Counted from the whole stretch's first letter, positions 19,144 to 30,560 are shown. The stretch is 62,179 bases of DNA, filler included, from 5 parts of 5 records of this genome joined end to end with filler, not necessarily neighbours in it, one strand, 5' to 3'. Numbers and translations: made by a program. The notes: generated from the letters alone by a model not told the origin.

Positions 19144-20505
19144 TTATTCTTTGTTAAAAGCCCCTAGTTTTGAAACCACATACCGGTATTTTCCGGAAGC
19201 GTCCCTTGGAATGGAAGAGACTATATTTACCGTCACATTTACAGAATCTCCCATTCGCTTTTTAAGTCCGGCCACAATACGGGCATCGCCGTCTTCGGGG
19301 TAAAGGTTTTCGTGTATCTTTACCAGCACCTCAATATCATCCACTGCATGCTGGAGAATTTTAAATTCATCCACCCCTTCTATATCCCGGACCACATAAA
19401 TCACTGACAAGGCATGCTGCCACCGCCCGTCAGGGGTAACGATAAAGTCCGTAGTTCTTCCTTTGATATTTTTCAGAACGCTCCAGGTCCTTCCGCATTT
19501 GCATCCGGAGGCGTCCGGCTGGGCCACATCGCCCGTCCGGTAGCGAATAAACGGCATCCCCCATGCATCCAGGTGGGTCAGCACCACCTCACCATCCTCT
19601 CCGGGCCCGACGGCTTCTCCCTCTTTGAGGTATTCTACAATATAGTTTGAATCAATAACATGATATTTGCCGTGTTCACACTCATGACATACAAAACCGC
19701 CTTCCCGGCTCCCATAGCAGTCCACCACAGGCACGCCGCCAAAAAATCGGCCGATAATTTCCCGCTGGCTGTCATAAAGTACTTCCGCCGTGGAAAACGC
19801 AACCTTCACCCCTAAGTTCGTCAGATCATACCCCTGTTTTTCTGACATCTGGCAAAACAGGGCAACAGTGGACGGATATCCAAACACACATTTGGGTTCA
19901 AACCTTTTAATTTTATCTACGATGTCAGGAATTTGTTCTTCGGATATTTCAAAAGCGCTGATAAGCAGGTCATTTGTGATTTTGTCCCGCAGATCCTTGA
20001 TTTTGTCCTGCTTGGTGATTTCCAAAGGAGACCCCCATAAATACAATTCCTTATCACCGATATCACATCCCCACCATTGGTGGGTCAGGGCCCTGGCCGC
20101 GGCATCATAGGCCTGGCGCCGCCGGTCAAAATAAAACACAAGGGGTTTTCCGGAAGACCCCCCGGTGTTGTACCGCTGCAGTCCGCCCGGCGAGGCCTTC
20201 CATTTCATGTCGTCTAGATTCTGGCGTATCTCTTCCTTTGACAGCAGCGGTAAAATATTCATGTCCTCAATGGCGGTCATTTTTTCCGGATCAAAGCCGG
20301 CCAGCTCAAACCGTTTGGCATAAAAAGGAATGTTTTTACCGGCATGTACCAGAAGTTCCTTAAGTTTTTTTAACTGAAGCGCTTTTAATTCATTTTCAGG
20401 CAGGTATTGTTCTTTGGTCAACCGGTCCAGGAATTTATAGGTCTCCCTCCCAAGAATTTTTTCATGGAGGGGAAATATCAGGTGTTTAACAAGTTTATGA
20501 TACAT
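19144..20505 (-). CDS. Phenylacetate-CoA ligase / CapK-family adenylate-forming enzyme
   Basis: NTGGSSGKP, YGSREGG, MPFIRYRTGD, GRTTD, SGKYR; start at MYHKL after AGGAG. Confidence 0.88.
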   Translation of the reverse strand: MYHKLVKHLIFPLHEKILGRETYKFLDRLTKEQYLPENELKALQLKKLKELLVHAGKNIPFYAKRFELAGFDPEKMTAIEDMNILPLLSKEEIRQNLDDMKWKASPGGLQRYNTGGSSGKPLVFYFDRRRQAYDAAARALTHQWWGCDIGDKELYLWGSPLEITKQDKIKDLRDKITNDLLISAFEISEEQIPDIVDKIKRFEPKCVFGYPSTVALFCQMSEKQGYDLTNLGVKVAFSTAEVLYDSQREIIGRFFGGVPVVDCYGSREGGFVCHECEHGKYHVIDSNYIVEYLKEGEAVGPGEDGEVVLTHLDAWGMPFIRYRTGDVAQPDASGCKCGRTWSVLKNIKGRTTDFIVTPDGRWQHALSVIYVVRDIEGVDEFKILQHAVDDIEVLVKIHENLYPEDGDARIVAGLKKRMGDSVNVTVNIVSSIPRDASGKYRYVVSKLGAFNKE

Positions 20506-20516
20506 GTTTCTCTCCT

Positions 20517-22403
20517 TTAGGCGAACTGGCGCCGCCATTTTTCAAACATGAAAATATTCCAAATCTGGGAAGACTGGTCGTTTATACCTTTTTGATGGCT
20601 GTCCCACAGCCTTTTCACATACCGGATATTCAGATAGGTATCAATACCATTTTCAGGGCCGAACAGGGTATCATGGATAAGATCTTTCATTCCGTGGCGG
20701 GTCCATTGAGCCAAAGGTACCCGGAATCCCTGCTTTTTCCGGTACAATATATCCCGGGGCAGACGGCTTTCATTTATTTTTTTAAGAATATACTTGGATT
20801 CTTCTCCTTTGAGCTTCATGGAAGAGGGCAGGCGGGCAGCAAACTCCATCAGCTTATGGTCCAGTATGGGGGCGCGGACTTCCAGGGAATGGGCCATGCT
20901 CATTCGGTCCACCTTAACCAGGATATCTTCGGTCATATAGGTTTTGATATCGGTGTATTGGGCCCGTGTAACCGGATCATCGCTCTGGTTACGCCTGAAA
21001 AACGGCTCCAACACATTAAAGGAAGAATCCTGAACGGCCTTTAAAAACCCAGGCTGATACAATTTGGCTTTTTTCTCAGGTGTAAAATAAAATGACATGT
21101 CACGCCAATAGGCCTGTTCGTATGTCAGGGATAAATTTGTCAAAAAGGTTTTGAGACGAAGCGGTCTTGGCAAAAGGTCGAGGCGGGGATACACGTTTGC
21201 CAGGCCTTTAACCAGACTGTTCCGGATAAAAAAAGGAATTTTACGTCTGATATTTTCCTCGAACCGATTCATGCTGTAACGCTGGACATAACCGGCAAAA
21301 TTTTCATCTCCGCCGTCCCCGGACAAGGCAACCGTTACATTCTGCCGGGTGATTTTGGACACATACCAGGTGGGAATCGCAGATGAATCTGCAAAGGGCT
21401 CGTCAAAATGCCAGACAACTCGATCTATGATATCCAGGGCATCGGGATTGACAATTGCTTCATTGTGGTCGGTGCTGTAACGGTCGGAAATAATTTTTGC
21501 AAAGGCCAGTTCATTGAATTTTTTTTCCGAAAACCCTATGGCAGATGTTTTTACGGGAGTATCTCCCATCAAACCGGCCATGGATGCGACCACGGCGCTT
21601 GAATCCACGCCCCCGCTCAAAAAGGCACCTAGGGGCACGTCACTGACAAGGCGTATCCGCACAGACTCGTCAAAAAGGGCAACCAATTTCTCTGCCGCAG
21701 CCGCTTCGGTGATACCCGAATCAACCCGGTTCATGTCAAGGTCCCAATATTCCGATTCTTTGAACCCGTTTGCCGAACACAGGGCCATATGGCCGGGGCG
21801 TATTTTTTTTATCCCTTTGAAGATGCTTCTAGGGGAGGGGACATACCCGAAACTGAAATAGGCATCCAAGGCTTTAGTATCCAGTTCTTTTGGGATTCCC
21901 GGATGTTCAAGGATTCCCTTTAGTTCGGATGCAAAAACAATGATGTTTCCGTCATAATAGTAATAAAGGGGTTTTTTGCCGACCCTGTCCCTGGCCAGCA
22001 AAAGAATCTGGTTTTTTTTGTCCCACAGGGCAATGGCAAACATACCGCGAAGTTTATCAACAAAGGCTTCTCCCCACTCCCTGTATGCATAAATAACAAC
22101 CTCGGTATCGCTTTTAGTCTGAAACCTATGCCCTTTTTGCTCAAGTGAGGATTTTAACTCCTGAAAATTATATATTTCACCGTTGAATACAATGGTAATC
22201 TGGCCGTCACTGCTGGACATGGGCTGGTCGCCGGTACTTAAGTCAATGATGCTCAACCGCCGGTGCCCAAGCCCTATATTCCCGTCCGTATAAACATCAC
22301 CCCCGTCCGGCCCTCTGTGGCGCATGGTGTTGTTCATCCTAGTGACAACCTCTTTGATTACTTGACGGCCGTCCAGACTAAAAATACCACAAATACCGCA
22401 CAT
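20517..22403 (-). CDS. asnB: Asparagine synthase-like amidotransferase (XrtA/PEP-CTERM EPS type)
   Basis: MCGI, HRGPD, NGEIYN, LSGGVDSS, SGDGGDE, DRMSMAHSLEVR. Confidence 0.92.
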   Translation of the reverse strand: MCGICGIFSLDGRQVIKEVVTRMNNTMRHRGPDGGDVYTDGNIGLGHRRLSIIDLSTGDQPMSSSDGQITIVFNGEIYNFQELKSSLEQKGHRFQTKSDTEVVIYAYREWGEAFVDKLRGMFAIALWDKKNQILLLARDRVGKKPLYYYYDGNIIVFASELKGILEHPGIPKELDTKALDAYFSFGYVPSPRSIFKGIKKIRPGHMALCSANGFKESEYWDLDMNRVDSGITEAAAAEKLVALFDESVRIRLVSDVPLGAFLSGGVDSSAVVASMAGLMGDTPVKTSAIGFSEKKFNELAFAKIISDRYSTDHNEAIVNPDALDIIDRVVWHFDEPFADSSAIPTWYVSKITRQNVTVALSGDGGDENFAGYVQRYSMNRFEENIRRKIPFFIRNSLVKGLANVYPRLDLLPRPLRLKTFLTNLSLTYEQAYWRDMSFYFTPEKKAKLYQPGFLKAVQDSSFNVLEPFFRRNQSDDPVTRAQYTDIKTYMTEDILVKVDRMSMAHSLEVRAPILDHKLMEFAARLPSSMKLKGEESKYILKKINESRLPRDILYRKKQGFRVPLAQWTRHGMKDLIHDTLFGPENGIDTYLNIRYVKRLWDSHQKGINDQSSQIWNIFMFEKWRRQFA

Positions 22404-22430
22404 TTATTATTTCCTGTATACCTTTTGATA

Positions 22431-23048
22431 TTAATTAATAGTTTTGATCAAAAAAGCTGTTTTATACTTTTTCAGTAACTTTATATGTAAAAAAAGCTTT
22501 ATATTTTTAGCTCCCAACTTTTTTTTGAATTTTAAAGCAGGGGTATTGAAACTATCAGAGACACTGTAAAAACGATGGAATCCCGTATCCGATAAATTTT
22601 TGTACAGATGGTCTCGAAGAATAGGGGCTAAATTTTTTCCTCTGAATTTTTTATAGGTCCAGGCATCAAAAAGATACGCTTCACCGGTTTTAAGCGGATA
22701 AGTAATATAAGATGTACAGTTTTTCAAATTGCACCACATATATGCCATGAGTTCAGAATGATGCTTTAGACCGAAACATTGGCAGCCATCAGAAAACCGG
22801 TCCATGAAAACTTGCTCCGAATGACCGCACTCAGGGTGGGCGGCCAGCAGCCTTATTTCATCCCGGCTCAAAAAGCAGGGGGTGCAAGGCTGAATCGGTG
22901 TGGAAAGCGTTTCATTCTCAATGGGTCGGCACCCTTCCTCAACAATGTAAAAAGGCCGTATGCTGATTCCAACCTCACTCAGCCTGTCCAAGAAATATTG
23001 AACGGTCAGTCCATATGCCATCTTTTGTCGTAAGTTTTTAACAAGCAT
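22431..23048 (-). CDS. GNAT-family acetyltransferase
   Basis: AYLFDAWTYKKFRGKNLA; NTPALKFKKKLG. Confidence 0.7.
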   Translation of the reverse strand: MLVKNLRQKMAYGLTVQYFLDRLSEVGISIRPFYIVEEGCRPIENETLSTPIQPCTPCFLSRDEIRLLAAHPECGHSEQVFMDRFSDGCQCFGLKHHSELMAYMWCNLKNCTSYITYPLKTGEAYLFDAWTYKKFRGKNLAPILRDHLYKNLSDTGFHRFYSVSDSFNTPALKFKKKLGAKNIKLFLHIKLLKKYKTAFLIKTIN

Positions 23049-23874
23049 TTAATAATTTCCTGGCTTTTTCAGGATGAAATGGTTTCATATTCAAACTTTT
23101 TGCAATGGTCAGCGTTCTTTTGAGAAGATCAATATTCTTTGCCAGCTTTGTCCTAGACTGATCAAGCCAAATATTGTCTTCCAACCCGACCCGAACACCG
23201 CCTCCGGATACCATTGCCATGGTGTTCATTTTCAATTGATGGTTTCCAATACCGCCTGCTGACCAGGTGGAATTATCGGGAAGTTCATTGACCATCAGTC
23301 CCAAATTGAGTAAATTAGCTTGGGCACAAGCAATATTTCCCAGAATTAAATTAAAATAGCAGGGTTTTTTAATAAAACCTTTTTTAATCAAATATTTTGA
23401 ATAGTTGATCATACCAATATCAAAAGCCTCTAACTCCGGTTTAATTTTATTTTCCATCATTTTAGCGGCCAAAGCTTTTATCATATCCGGACTGTTAATA
23501 CTGGCCTGTTTATTAAAGTTCAATGAACTAAGGGTTAGACTTGCAAAATCCGGTTTTTCACTTCCGGTCAGTTCCAGCACCTGGGATCTTTTTTCAAATT
23601 CTGAAAATCCCCTTCCGCTGGTACTGACACATAAAATCAAGTCCGTATTCTTTTTTCGTATCCCTGAAATAATATCACCATAAATCTTTTTATGGTAAGT
23701 AGGCAAACCCGTTTTTGTGTCCCGGGCATGAAGGTGAACCATGTTCACCCCTAAAGATGCCGCCTCAAGAACTTCATCTACAATTTCAGAAATGCTGACC
23801 GGCACGTGAGGCGTCATTTCCTTGGTGGGAATCATACCTGTAGGCGTAAAATTAAATATAAATTCTTTTTGCAT
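23038..23874 (-). CDS. 3-keto-5-aminohexanoate cleavage enzyme family (BKACE, DUF849)
   Basis: PTG..PTKEMTPHVP, VHLHAR, SLNF, KPELEAFD, VRVGLEDN. Confidence 0.9.
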   Translation of the reverse strand: MQKEFIFNFTPTGMIPTKEMTPHVPVSISEIVDEVLEAASLGVNMVHLHARDTKTGLPTYHKKIYGDIISGIRKKNTDLILCVSTSGRGFSEFEKRSQVLELTGSEKPDFASLTLSSLNFNKQASINSPDMIKALAAKMMENKIKPELEAFDIGMINYSKYLIKKGFIKKPCYFNLILGNIACAQANLLNLGLMVNELPDNSTWSAGGIGNHQLKMNTMAMVSGGGVRVGLEDNIWLDQSRTKLAKNIDLLKRTLTIAKSLNMKPFHPEKARKLLNAC

Positions 23875-23889
23875 AAATAAACTATATTT

Positions 23890-24657
23890 TCATCTTTTCG
23901 GCCTAATTGAAAAATTAAAAACCCGCCCGGCTCCGACGGCTATATAATTATTTTTGTATCCTGCTTTAAACGCCATCTTTGTTTTTTCCTCTGTGCAATG
24001 CGCCGGGGCAACCTTCCGGACGCCCAGCGTTTTAAATTCCCGGACAGCATTCATCAATCCCTCAACCGTTTCCGGCATGGTATGAAATCCGCCCAGCACC
24101 ATATAAACAGGCCGGTTCATCAGTTCTTTGGATCTGCGAATAATATTGATGATCCCTGGATGGGAGCACCCGGCAACAATAATTAATCCGGGCGGGGCGT
24201 TGATGATCAGCGCCTGCTCCATGACGCCTTTTCCCATGGCCCCGGTTAAAAACAGACCTCTGCCGATCTGCATGGGTTTTTCAACCAGGATATAATTTCC
24301 AGGCCGGTACTTCATAAACATCTCACGAACAACCGGTGTTAATTCCGGCAGAAAAACCCTGGCATCCGGCTGAATTTTCAAAACAGGAAATAATCCGCCC
24401 ATGTGATCCAGGTGAAGATGAGAAATGACGACAGAGTCAATGGATTTAAAATCAATGTCCAATTTTTGGGCATTGGCAAACAGGAGACTCTCCTCTTTCC
24501 CCGTATCAAACAATATCTTTCTTTTTCCTGCATTTATAAAACATGAAAACCCCCAGTCTTCCTTAACACCTTCAATATAGGGGGAATTGTCATAGAGTAC
24601 AGTGATGCTCAGTCCGCCAAAGGCCGTTCCAACGGCTGCCCAGCAAAAAAAAACCAC
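23890..24657 (-). CDS. MBL-fold metallo-hydrolase, probably exported
   Basis: WGFSC, ILFDTG, SHLHLDHMGG, GCSHPG, GGFH, PAHCT. Start codon uncertain. Confidence 0.85.
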   Translation of the reverse strand: MVFFCWAAVGTAFGGLSITVLYDNSPYIEGVKEDWGFSCFINAGKRKILFDTGKEESLLFANAQKLDIDFKSIDSVVISHLHLDHMGGLFPVLKIQPDARVFLPELTPVVREMFMKYRPGNYILVEKPMQIGRGLFLTGAMGKGVMEQALIINAPPGLIIVAGCSHPGIINIIRRSKELMNRPVYMVLGGFHTMPETVEGLMNAVREFKTLGVRKVAPAHCTEEKTKMAFKAGYKNNYIAVGAGRVFNFSIRPKR

Positions 24658-24683
24658 AGCGGCAAAAATAATTTTTATATATA

Positions 24684-25847
24684 TCAGCCCAGCTTCCCCT
24701 TTAGACTGTCTAAATATATGGATGCGGCCCCTTTAACATCTTTAAGGCTCAAAATGTCATCTCTGTATAATGCAAGGCCTGATATTGCTTTCAACACTCT
24801 TTCAAGCCGCGATTCATGGCCCGGATAATCCAGAGGAGTGATCTTTCCGGCCATGGTATAAACCAGGTATTTTAAAAGAGCCAGTTTGCTGGCCGATGTT
24901 TTGTCCTCCAGTTTATCCGTTATTTTTATATTGTGGCCAAAAGACTGAAGTAAAAATCCCGGCTCATCATAGCCAAGGGAATAGACTTTTGCTGTCGTTC
25001 CCCCCATCCTGGCATTGATTTCCAGAAACCAGTTGATCTTCTTTTCTTTGTCATAAAGGAACTCAAAATGGTATGGCCCTGTAATCCCCATGATTTCAGT
25101 AAACCGGATGCATTTCTGCAAAAAGGAGTTGCCCGGATCAAAAGGTTTTATGCTGAGCGTCAGACCCTCAAATTTTCTTTCAACTAAAAATCCCTGGAGG
25201 CCGAGGGTCTTCCCACTTGCTGTTCGTGATCCATGTACGACCAGATTCGGCAGGTTTAAAAACGGCTGGGCCATGATTCCCCGGCCGGAAAAAGACCTGC
25301 CGGCCATAAAGGTTTCAAGTGAATCTCGATCAGGAATAATGTCTACCTTAAAAGAAGGCTTTACACTTTTAGGGGCAGACGGCCGGATGCAGAGGGGATA
25401 GTCAGACTTTTTAATTGAATCCAAGGATTTTGTATCGCTAGTCAGATAGTAGGTATTGAGCAACGCAAGTCCGGCCTTTCTTGCTGCATCAGCCTGATTC
25501 TTTTTTGACAGAATCTTTTCAATAACCGCTTCTTTTTGCAGCATCAATCTTGTGCTATGTCCAAGTTCCATCTGATTTGAAACCAGCCATTTACCGATGG
25601 CTTCATTAATCGTATAGAGACTGATATCATTGTAATGTTCTAAAACTGACGCAATAAGCCGGATCCCTTCTTCTCTACGGACCATATCTGAAGGAACTTT
25701 GTATAGGTGCTGAATCAGGGACGAGGCCGGGACCGGTTCAGAAGCAGCTCCAATCCATAAAAAAACGGTTTCTATTTTTTTTTGTTTACAGCTTTTTAAA
25801 AAGCTTAAAACAGGTGGTGAAAACCTTGATAAAATAGCAATGGTCAT
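24684..25847 (-). CDS. ATP-grasp / carboxylate-amine ligase-like protein
   Basis: ILSKKNQ..ARKAGL, YPLCIRP, MAQPF, HFEFL, FLEINARMGG. Confidence 0.75.
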   Translation of the reverse strand: MTIAILSRFSPPVLSFLKSCKQKKIETVFLWIGAASEPVPASSLIQHLYKVPSDMVRREEGIRLIASVLEHYNDISLYTINEAIGKWLVSNQMELGHSTRLMLQKEAVIEKILSKKNQADAARKAGLALLNTYYLTSDTKSLDSIKKSDYPLCIRPSAPKSVKPSFKVDIIPDRDSLETFMAGRSFSGRGIMAQPFLNLPNLVVHGSRTASGKTLGLQGFLVERKFEGLTLSIKPFDPGNSFLQKCIRFTEIMGITGPYHFEFLYDKEKKINWFLEINARMGGTTAKVYSLGYDEPGFLLQSFGHNIKITDKLEDKTSASKLALLKYLVYTMAGKITPLDYPGHESRLERVLKAISGLALYRDDILSLKDVKGAASIYLDSLKGKLG

Positions 25848-25861
25848 TGATTTATTTAATA

Positions 25862-28126
25862 TTATTTGGGGTTTGCATGAAGATTCGACAGGGATTTTTT
25901 GGCCATCTGCCTGACAGCCGGAAACGGATCATTCAAAGACAAGTCCTGCAGCGTTTTTTCAGCATCATCACCTCCAAGTATGCCAAGGGCGCGGGCGATG
26001 TGAAATCGAAAGTCAAACCGGACGGATTTTAATTTTTGGATCAAGTGGGGAACAACCTTTGGATCCCCAATGGCAGCAAGGACATCCGGAATATAGCGTG
26101 TTCCAGGGGCGCCTTTGGGAGCCAATTCCCATTTTTTTAAAAGGGGACCTATGGATTCAGGCGCTTTAATACGCGCAAGCGCCTTACAGATAAACAGGGT
26201 CAGGTCAATGTCCGCGCTGGGCAGTTCTTCTAACAGTGCATCCAAGGCTTCGGGAAAATTTCCCAATTCCTCTGCTGCACGCCAGGTTTTGGGATCCCAA
26301 TCCTTACCTTTTCTCAATTGTTTTTTGAGTTTTCCGATATAGTCTTCTTTATTATTACCCTGATACGGCCGATGGCCTTGCTGCGGAAAAAAACCGTCTG
26401 GTTTTGTTGTGATGATTGCCGATGAATCCATTTTCTTTTTTATGATCAAACCATCCTTTGATGGGTGGGCGTGAGCCTTTTTAAAAAGCCTTTCCCCTTG
26501 ATCAACCGAAAAGGCCGAACCGGACATCGAAGCAAGTTCCGGTGCATCAGCCAACCTTATTTTAAGGGCTTTCATCCGGATATCCCCCCGGCCGAAAATT
26601 GTATCGTAATTATTTCGGATTTCAGCTGCGGTATCTTTGATGTAGACCTTGAAATAATATGGGAATGAAGAAATGAGGTGATTTTCGAAAAAAGGCTTTT
26701 CCTTTACTGTATAGTCAATAGATAGATGAAGCGCCTTCCCGGGCGCTATGCCGTCTGCAGTGACTTTAAAAACATTCTCACCAGGCATCAGGTTTGGCAG
26801 GGTCCGTTTATTAAGGGTTCTTAAAACTTCTACAGACAAATCTTTGATTCCGACATCCAGCACGCGTTTTGCTGCCTGCATTTTTACTTTGATGAAAAAG
26901 GTATATGCTGTATACAGATTGGGTTTTCCTGCCTCTCTTTTTTTTCGGCCCAGGTCAATTTTCACATGATGCTCACCTGTTTTTCCTGCGACATAAACCT
27001 TTTTCCAGGTTTTTCCATTTCTGGAAATATACAATGCCAGCCGGTCATTTTTATTAGACAACCGGTACGCCATTTCCAGGGTTGCATTTGCTGCCGCATA
27101 AGGGGATTGAATCCGGTAGACCGCTTCAGCTTGTTGGGCAGAATTCTCAGGATACAGGAAAGCCGGGCTTTCATTTTTCAGGGGATTGCTTTTTAGATTC
27201 CGCGAAAGGGGCTTATACAGGTCTTTTTGATATGTTTCGGGTGACAGGCCAGGTGAAAATTTCTGAATTTCCATTCCCACACTGGCATAAACACCGTCCT
27301 GCCTTCCTTTCCTGTATTTAAAAAAGTCGTTGAACTTAATATCGGAGGGGTGGCGGCCATATGGAATCACTTGCCCTGTATTTTCCCATCTACGCTCCAG
27401 GCTTTCGTTCAAATGAAGGGAGGTTCTTAAGCTGTGTACCTTCTGTCCCAATGTCAGGTGACGGAATACGGTTCCCTTCATCAATGGCTGTGTCCTGGTT
27501 CCCACAATATTTTCTTGGGAATTCCACCATAAAAATTTTTTGCGAAGATCAAAACTGTGATAGCGGTATATCCCGTCATGGTCCTTGTACCGCAGGGAAG
27601 CCGTCGTATGCCTGTGGGATGCTTCATCAAAGGCCATGTAGCCTGCAGCCCGCCAGAGGGGAACCATAACCCAGCTGAGGCCGTCACATTGGTGATGCCC
27701 GTATACGGTAAGAATTTTGTGTCCGTCAAAAACAACCCGTTCCTTTTCCGGGCCTTCTCCTTCATATGCATATTTATAACCGGTGGGATTCATGAGTATC
27801 CGCATCCATTTCCATAGGGCCAGGGCTTTCTCCTCGTCACTTTTGTCTGAAACCCCTTCTATTATAAATATACTTTGGATGGCGGTTTCAAAGGTATGGC
27901 AATCGGGCCACCGGTTGGAGGCGATCTGAACATTGACAAGGGACTCATCCGAATGAGGCAGATTATTATAAATATGCTCGGGCGGGTAATGATATCCGGG
28001 CGGCAGCCGAACCCCGGTCGATGTCTTAGCGGCCAGAGAATGTTCTGTTGTGCCCCATGAAAGGCCCATGAGAATTAAAAAAATGCCGATTACCGCTTTA
28101 TTTAAAGTCTTTGGTGATTTCATCAT
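25862..28126 (-). CDS. Exported protein with transglutaminase-like N-terminal domain and C-terminal HEAT repeats
   Basis: Signal peptide; GHHQCDG..LWRAAG, RHTT and SFD form a possible Cys-His-Asp triad; HEAT repeats AAEELG / ARALG; ATGA overlap with the upstream gene. Confidence 0.6.
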   Translation of the reverse strand: MMKSPKTLNKAVIGIFLILMGLSWGTTEHSLAAKTSTGVRLPPGYHYPPEHIYNNLPHSDESLVNVQIASNRWPDCHTFETAIQSIFIIEGVSDKSDEEKALALWKWMRILMNPTGYKYAYEGEGPEKERVVFDGHKILTVYGHHQCDGLSWVMVPLWRAAGYMAFDEASHRHTTASLRYKDHDGIYRYHSFDLRKKFLWWNSQENIVGTRTQPLMKGTVFRHLTLGQKVHSLRTSLHLNESLERRWENTGQVIPYGRHPSDIKFNDFFKYRKGRQDGVYASVGMEIQKFSPGLSPETYQKDLYKPLSRNLKSNPLKNESPAFLYPENSAQQAEAVYRIQSPYAAANATLEMAYRLSNKNDRLALYISRNGKTWKKVYVAGKTGEHHVKIDLGRKKREAGKPNLYTAYTFFIKVKMQAAKRVLDVGIKDLSVEVLRTLNKRTLPNLMPGENVFKVTADGIAPGKALHLSIDYTVKEKPFFENHLISSFPYYFKVYIKDTAAEIRNNYDTIFGRGDIRMKALKIRLADAPELASMSGSAFSVDQGERLFKKAHAHPSKDGLIIKKKMDSSAIITTKPDGFFPQQGHRPYQGNNKEDYIGKLKKQLRKGKDWDPKTWRAAEELGNFPEALDALLEELPSADIDLTLFICKALARIKAPESIGPLLKKWELAPKGAPGTRYIPDVLAAIGDPKVVPHLIQKLKSVRFDFRFHIARALGILGGDDAEKTLQDLSLNDPFPAVRQMAKKSLSNLHANPK

Positions 28127-30560
28127 ATTGTAATGATTTCGATGTCGCATTTATCCTTGCTGACAAATAACAGGCTTCCATTTACAGAAGAACGGACAAC
28201 TTTTTCCTGTCTTCTTCCCCTGGTCGATGTAAGAATAATTTTATAGTCTTTTTTGGGGGGAAGGCCCAGTATCAAATTTGACTTTTTTCCTTTTCCGTAA
28301 ACTTTATAACGAGCCCCCTTGGTATCTGTTTTTTTGTTTTGAAATAAAAGTATCCAATCCTTTACTGCCAACCCCTTAAAATAACTACCAGAACTCTCAA
28401 CTTCTTTTACTTCCGGCATAACACCGGAATCGTCCCGATCACAGGGATACAGAAAGTGAAAAAAGAAGTCGTATTTACTGGCTTTTCGGGGAATTGTTTC
28501 TATTCTCCAGTTTCCCGGGTCCAAAGGGGTGCCTTCTTTAAATCGCTTCACAAGCTCTTTTGCACTGGGTGGCGGATGATTTTTACCGTCCCCCCAGAAC
28601 CTGTGCGATGGGCTCAATACTGAAAAGGAAAATGTATCACCCGGCATGGGCTTACCCTGCCAGTTGGAATTTGGGATAAAAATCTTCCCGCTTTTGGACA
28701 CAAAAACATAGTTTTTCTTTTTTGATATAGAGCCTGTACCATCATCCCCCGTGACCGACCCCTTAAGTGTAAATTTTTCATGGTCAATGAATACAATCTT
28801 CCAATTTTCTGGTACAGCCTGCTCCGTTGCAATGGTCGGACTTACCCTTTTATAAATTCCGGATATATTGCCAACCAGGTTAACCGTCCCGAGATTATTG
28901 TTTCCAGGCTTGATGGCCGTAATCCTGGCCCCGCCGCCGATTTTTCTGCTCTTAAATCCTCCGGGAAAAAGGACTTTACAAAATAATCGCCCTTTTTTAT
29001 TTTCGATTACGGCGGTACCGGCCTCATAGGTTGCTATATGATCCGGAACCTGTGACTGTATAAGCGCCCCATCCATTCGGGGGTCACCAACAGTATGAAG
29101 CAGCCACCGTTTTTCATAGGATGGTTTTAAAGACCGGACCCTGTCAAACATAACCAGGTATTTTTTGTCCAGAAAAACCATCTGCCTTAAAAACAAATCC
29201 AGTTTGGCTTTATTTTTTTTATAGGCGATTTGGGGGTTGTTGTATGCCATGGTTGCATCTCCCATGACATAAGAATATCTGTCTGCTAGTTCAAAGGCCT
29301 TAATGTCCCCGGTTTCAAAAAAATGATCCTGGGTTTTCCGGTATTGGTATTTCTCCCAGGTAAAGCAGGTTTCAGCGCTGCCATAATCAGGGTGCATATA
29401 GCAGGAGCGCTGTCCCCCGAATTCTTTGATATACCCCCTATCTGTTCTCAGCCCGTTTTCTTTGGCTTTTCCCGGAGGAATCCAGGTTTTTTCATGGGGC
29501 TCAACAATGAGCATCGAGTTGGAACCAATGGTCGGACGGTAGTAGTTAAGCATATGGTCCCCCCAGTATCCCCCGCTGAATATTCCGCTCTGGATAGCCA
29601 GCCGGCCTTTCCTGAATATCGTAAACCCATTTTGATTGTTCGATTGGTGGGACCAGAAATAATCTCCGCACTTGAATTCCACGATGGTATCGTCGGCAGT
29701 CCATCCACTCCTCATCTGCAAATACCCAAGACCCTTTTTCCCCCATAATCTTGTGGTTGGCAAAGAGGGACCATCCTTTTGTACGGTTTTAAAATCAGGG
29801 AAATAATACAAATACTGGTTGATCCCTAACCGCCACCCCCACTTGTTTCTCCAGTTCAGATGGTCTGCCGTGTCTTTGTCCTGATATGCCCTGGCCAGCA
29901 TTAAAAGAGTGCTTATCCCGCCTTTTTGGTTGGGTGTATACCCGAAACCCGCAGATTCCACTGGGCTGGAATCCGGATACATTGTATACATCAGATATTC
30001 CATATGCCCCCGAATCCAGTCCTCACCCCTTTTTTCTATTATGTCAAAAAGATCTTCATTTGTGGCGCTGGACCATATGCCGATGAGTTTAAACAAATTT
30101 GCCGGTCCTTGACTATAATAGTTCCACCCTCCCTGCCAGGCGCCGCTGTTTGTTGCCCAACCCGGAAACAAAACCTTTTCCATATATCCACGGGCCATGG
30201 CCATGTATTTATCAGCTTCCTGCCTTCTCCCGTGAAGTACAAGCCCTGCTGCTGCAATATCCAAAATCGGCCGATATCCGAAATGACTCCACATGTCATG
30301 GTAATTCTGACCGTATTTAACAGCCTGCGCAGCCCACCGAAGTATCTTTTCTTCTATGAATTCTTTATCCTGTTCACCAAAGTTGGGGCTATTGAAAAGC
30401 CAGTCATATTGAATGCATAGCGTATATAAATATCCCGGCCAATATTTTGTATTTTTTTTCATCTTCCCAACAACAGGCGCCACATAGGTTTCATTACCGG
30501 TCATCAGATAGCGGAATGCCCATTCTGTCCCTGGTTTTGGATTCCAGGGTTTTCTGCTTA
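28123..30560 (-). CDS. Heparinase II/III-like polysaccharide lyase, 5'-truncated
   Basis: Open to the contig edge (AFRYLMTGNETY); YDWL, MRSGW, FKCGDYFWSH, F-x-IFRKG-x-LAIQSG, GDATMAY, FDRV, WLLH. Confidence 0.75.
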
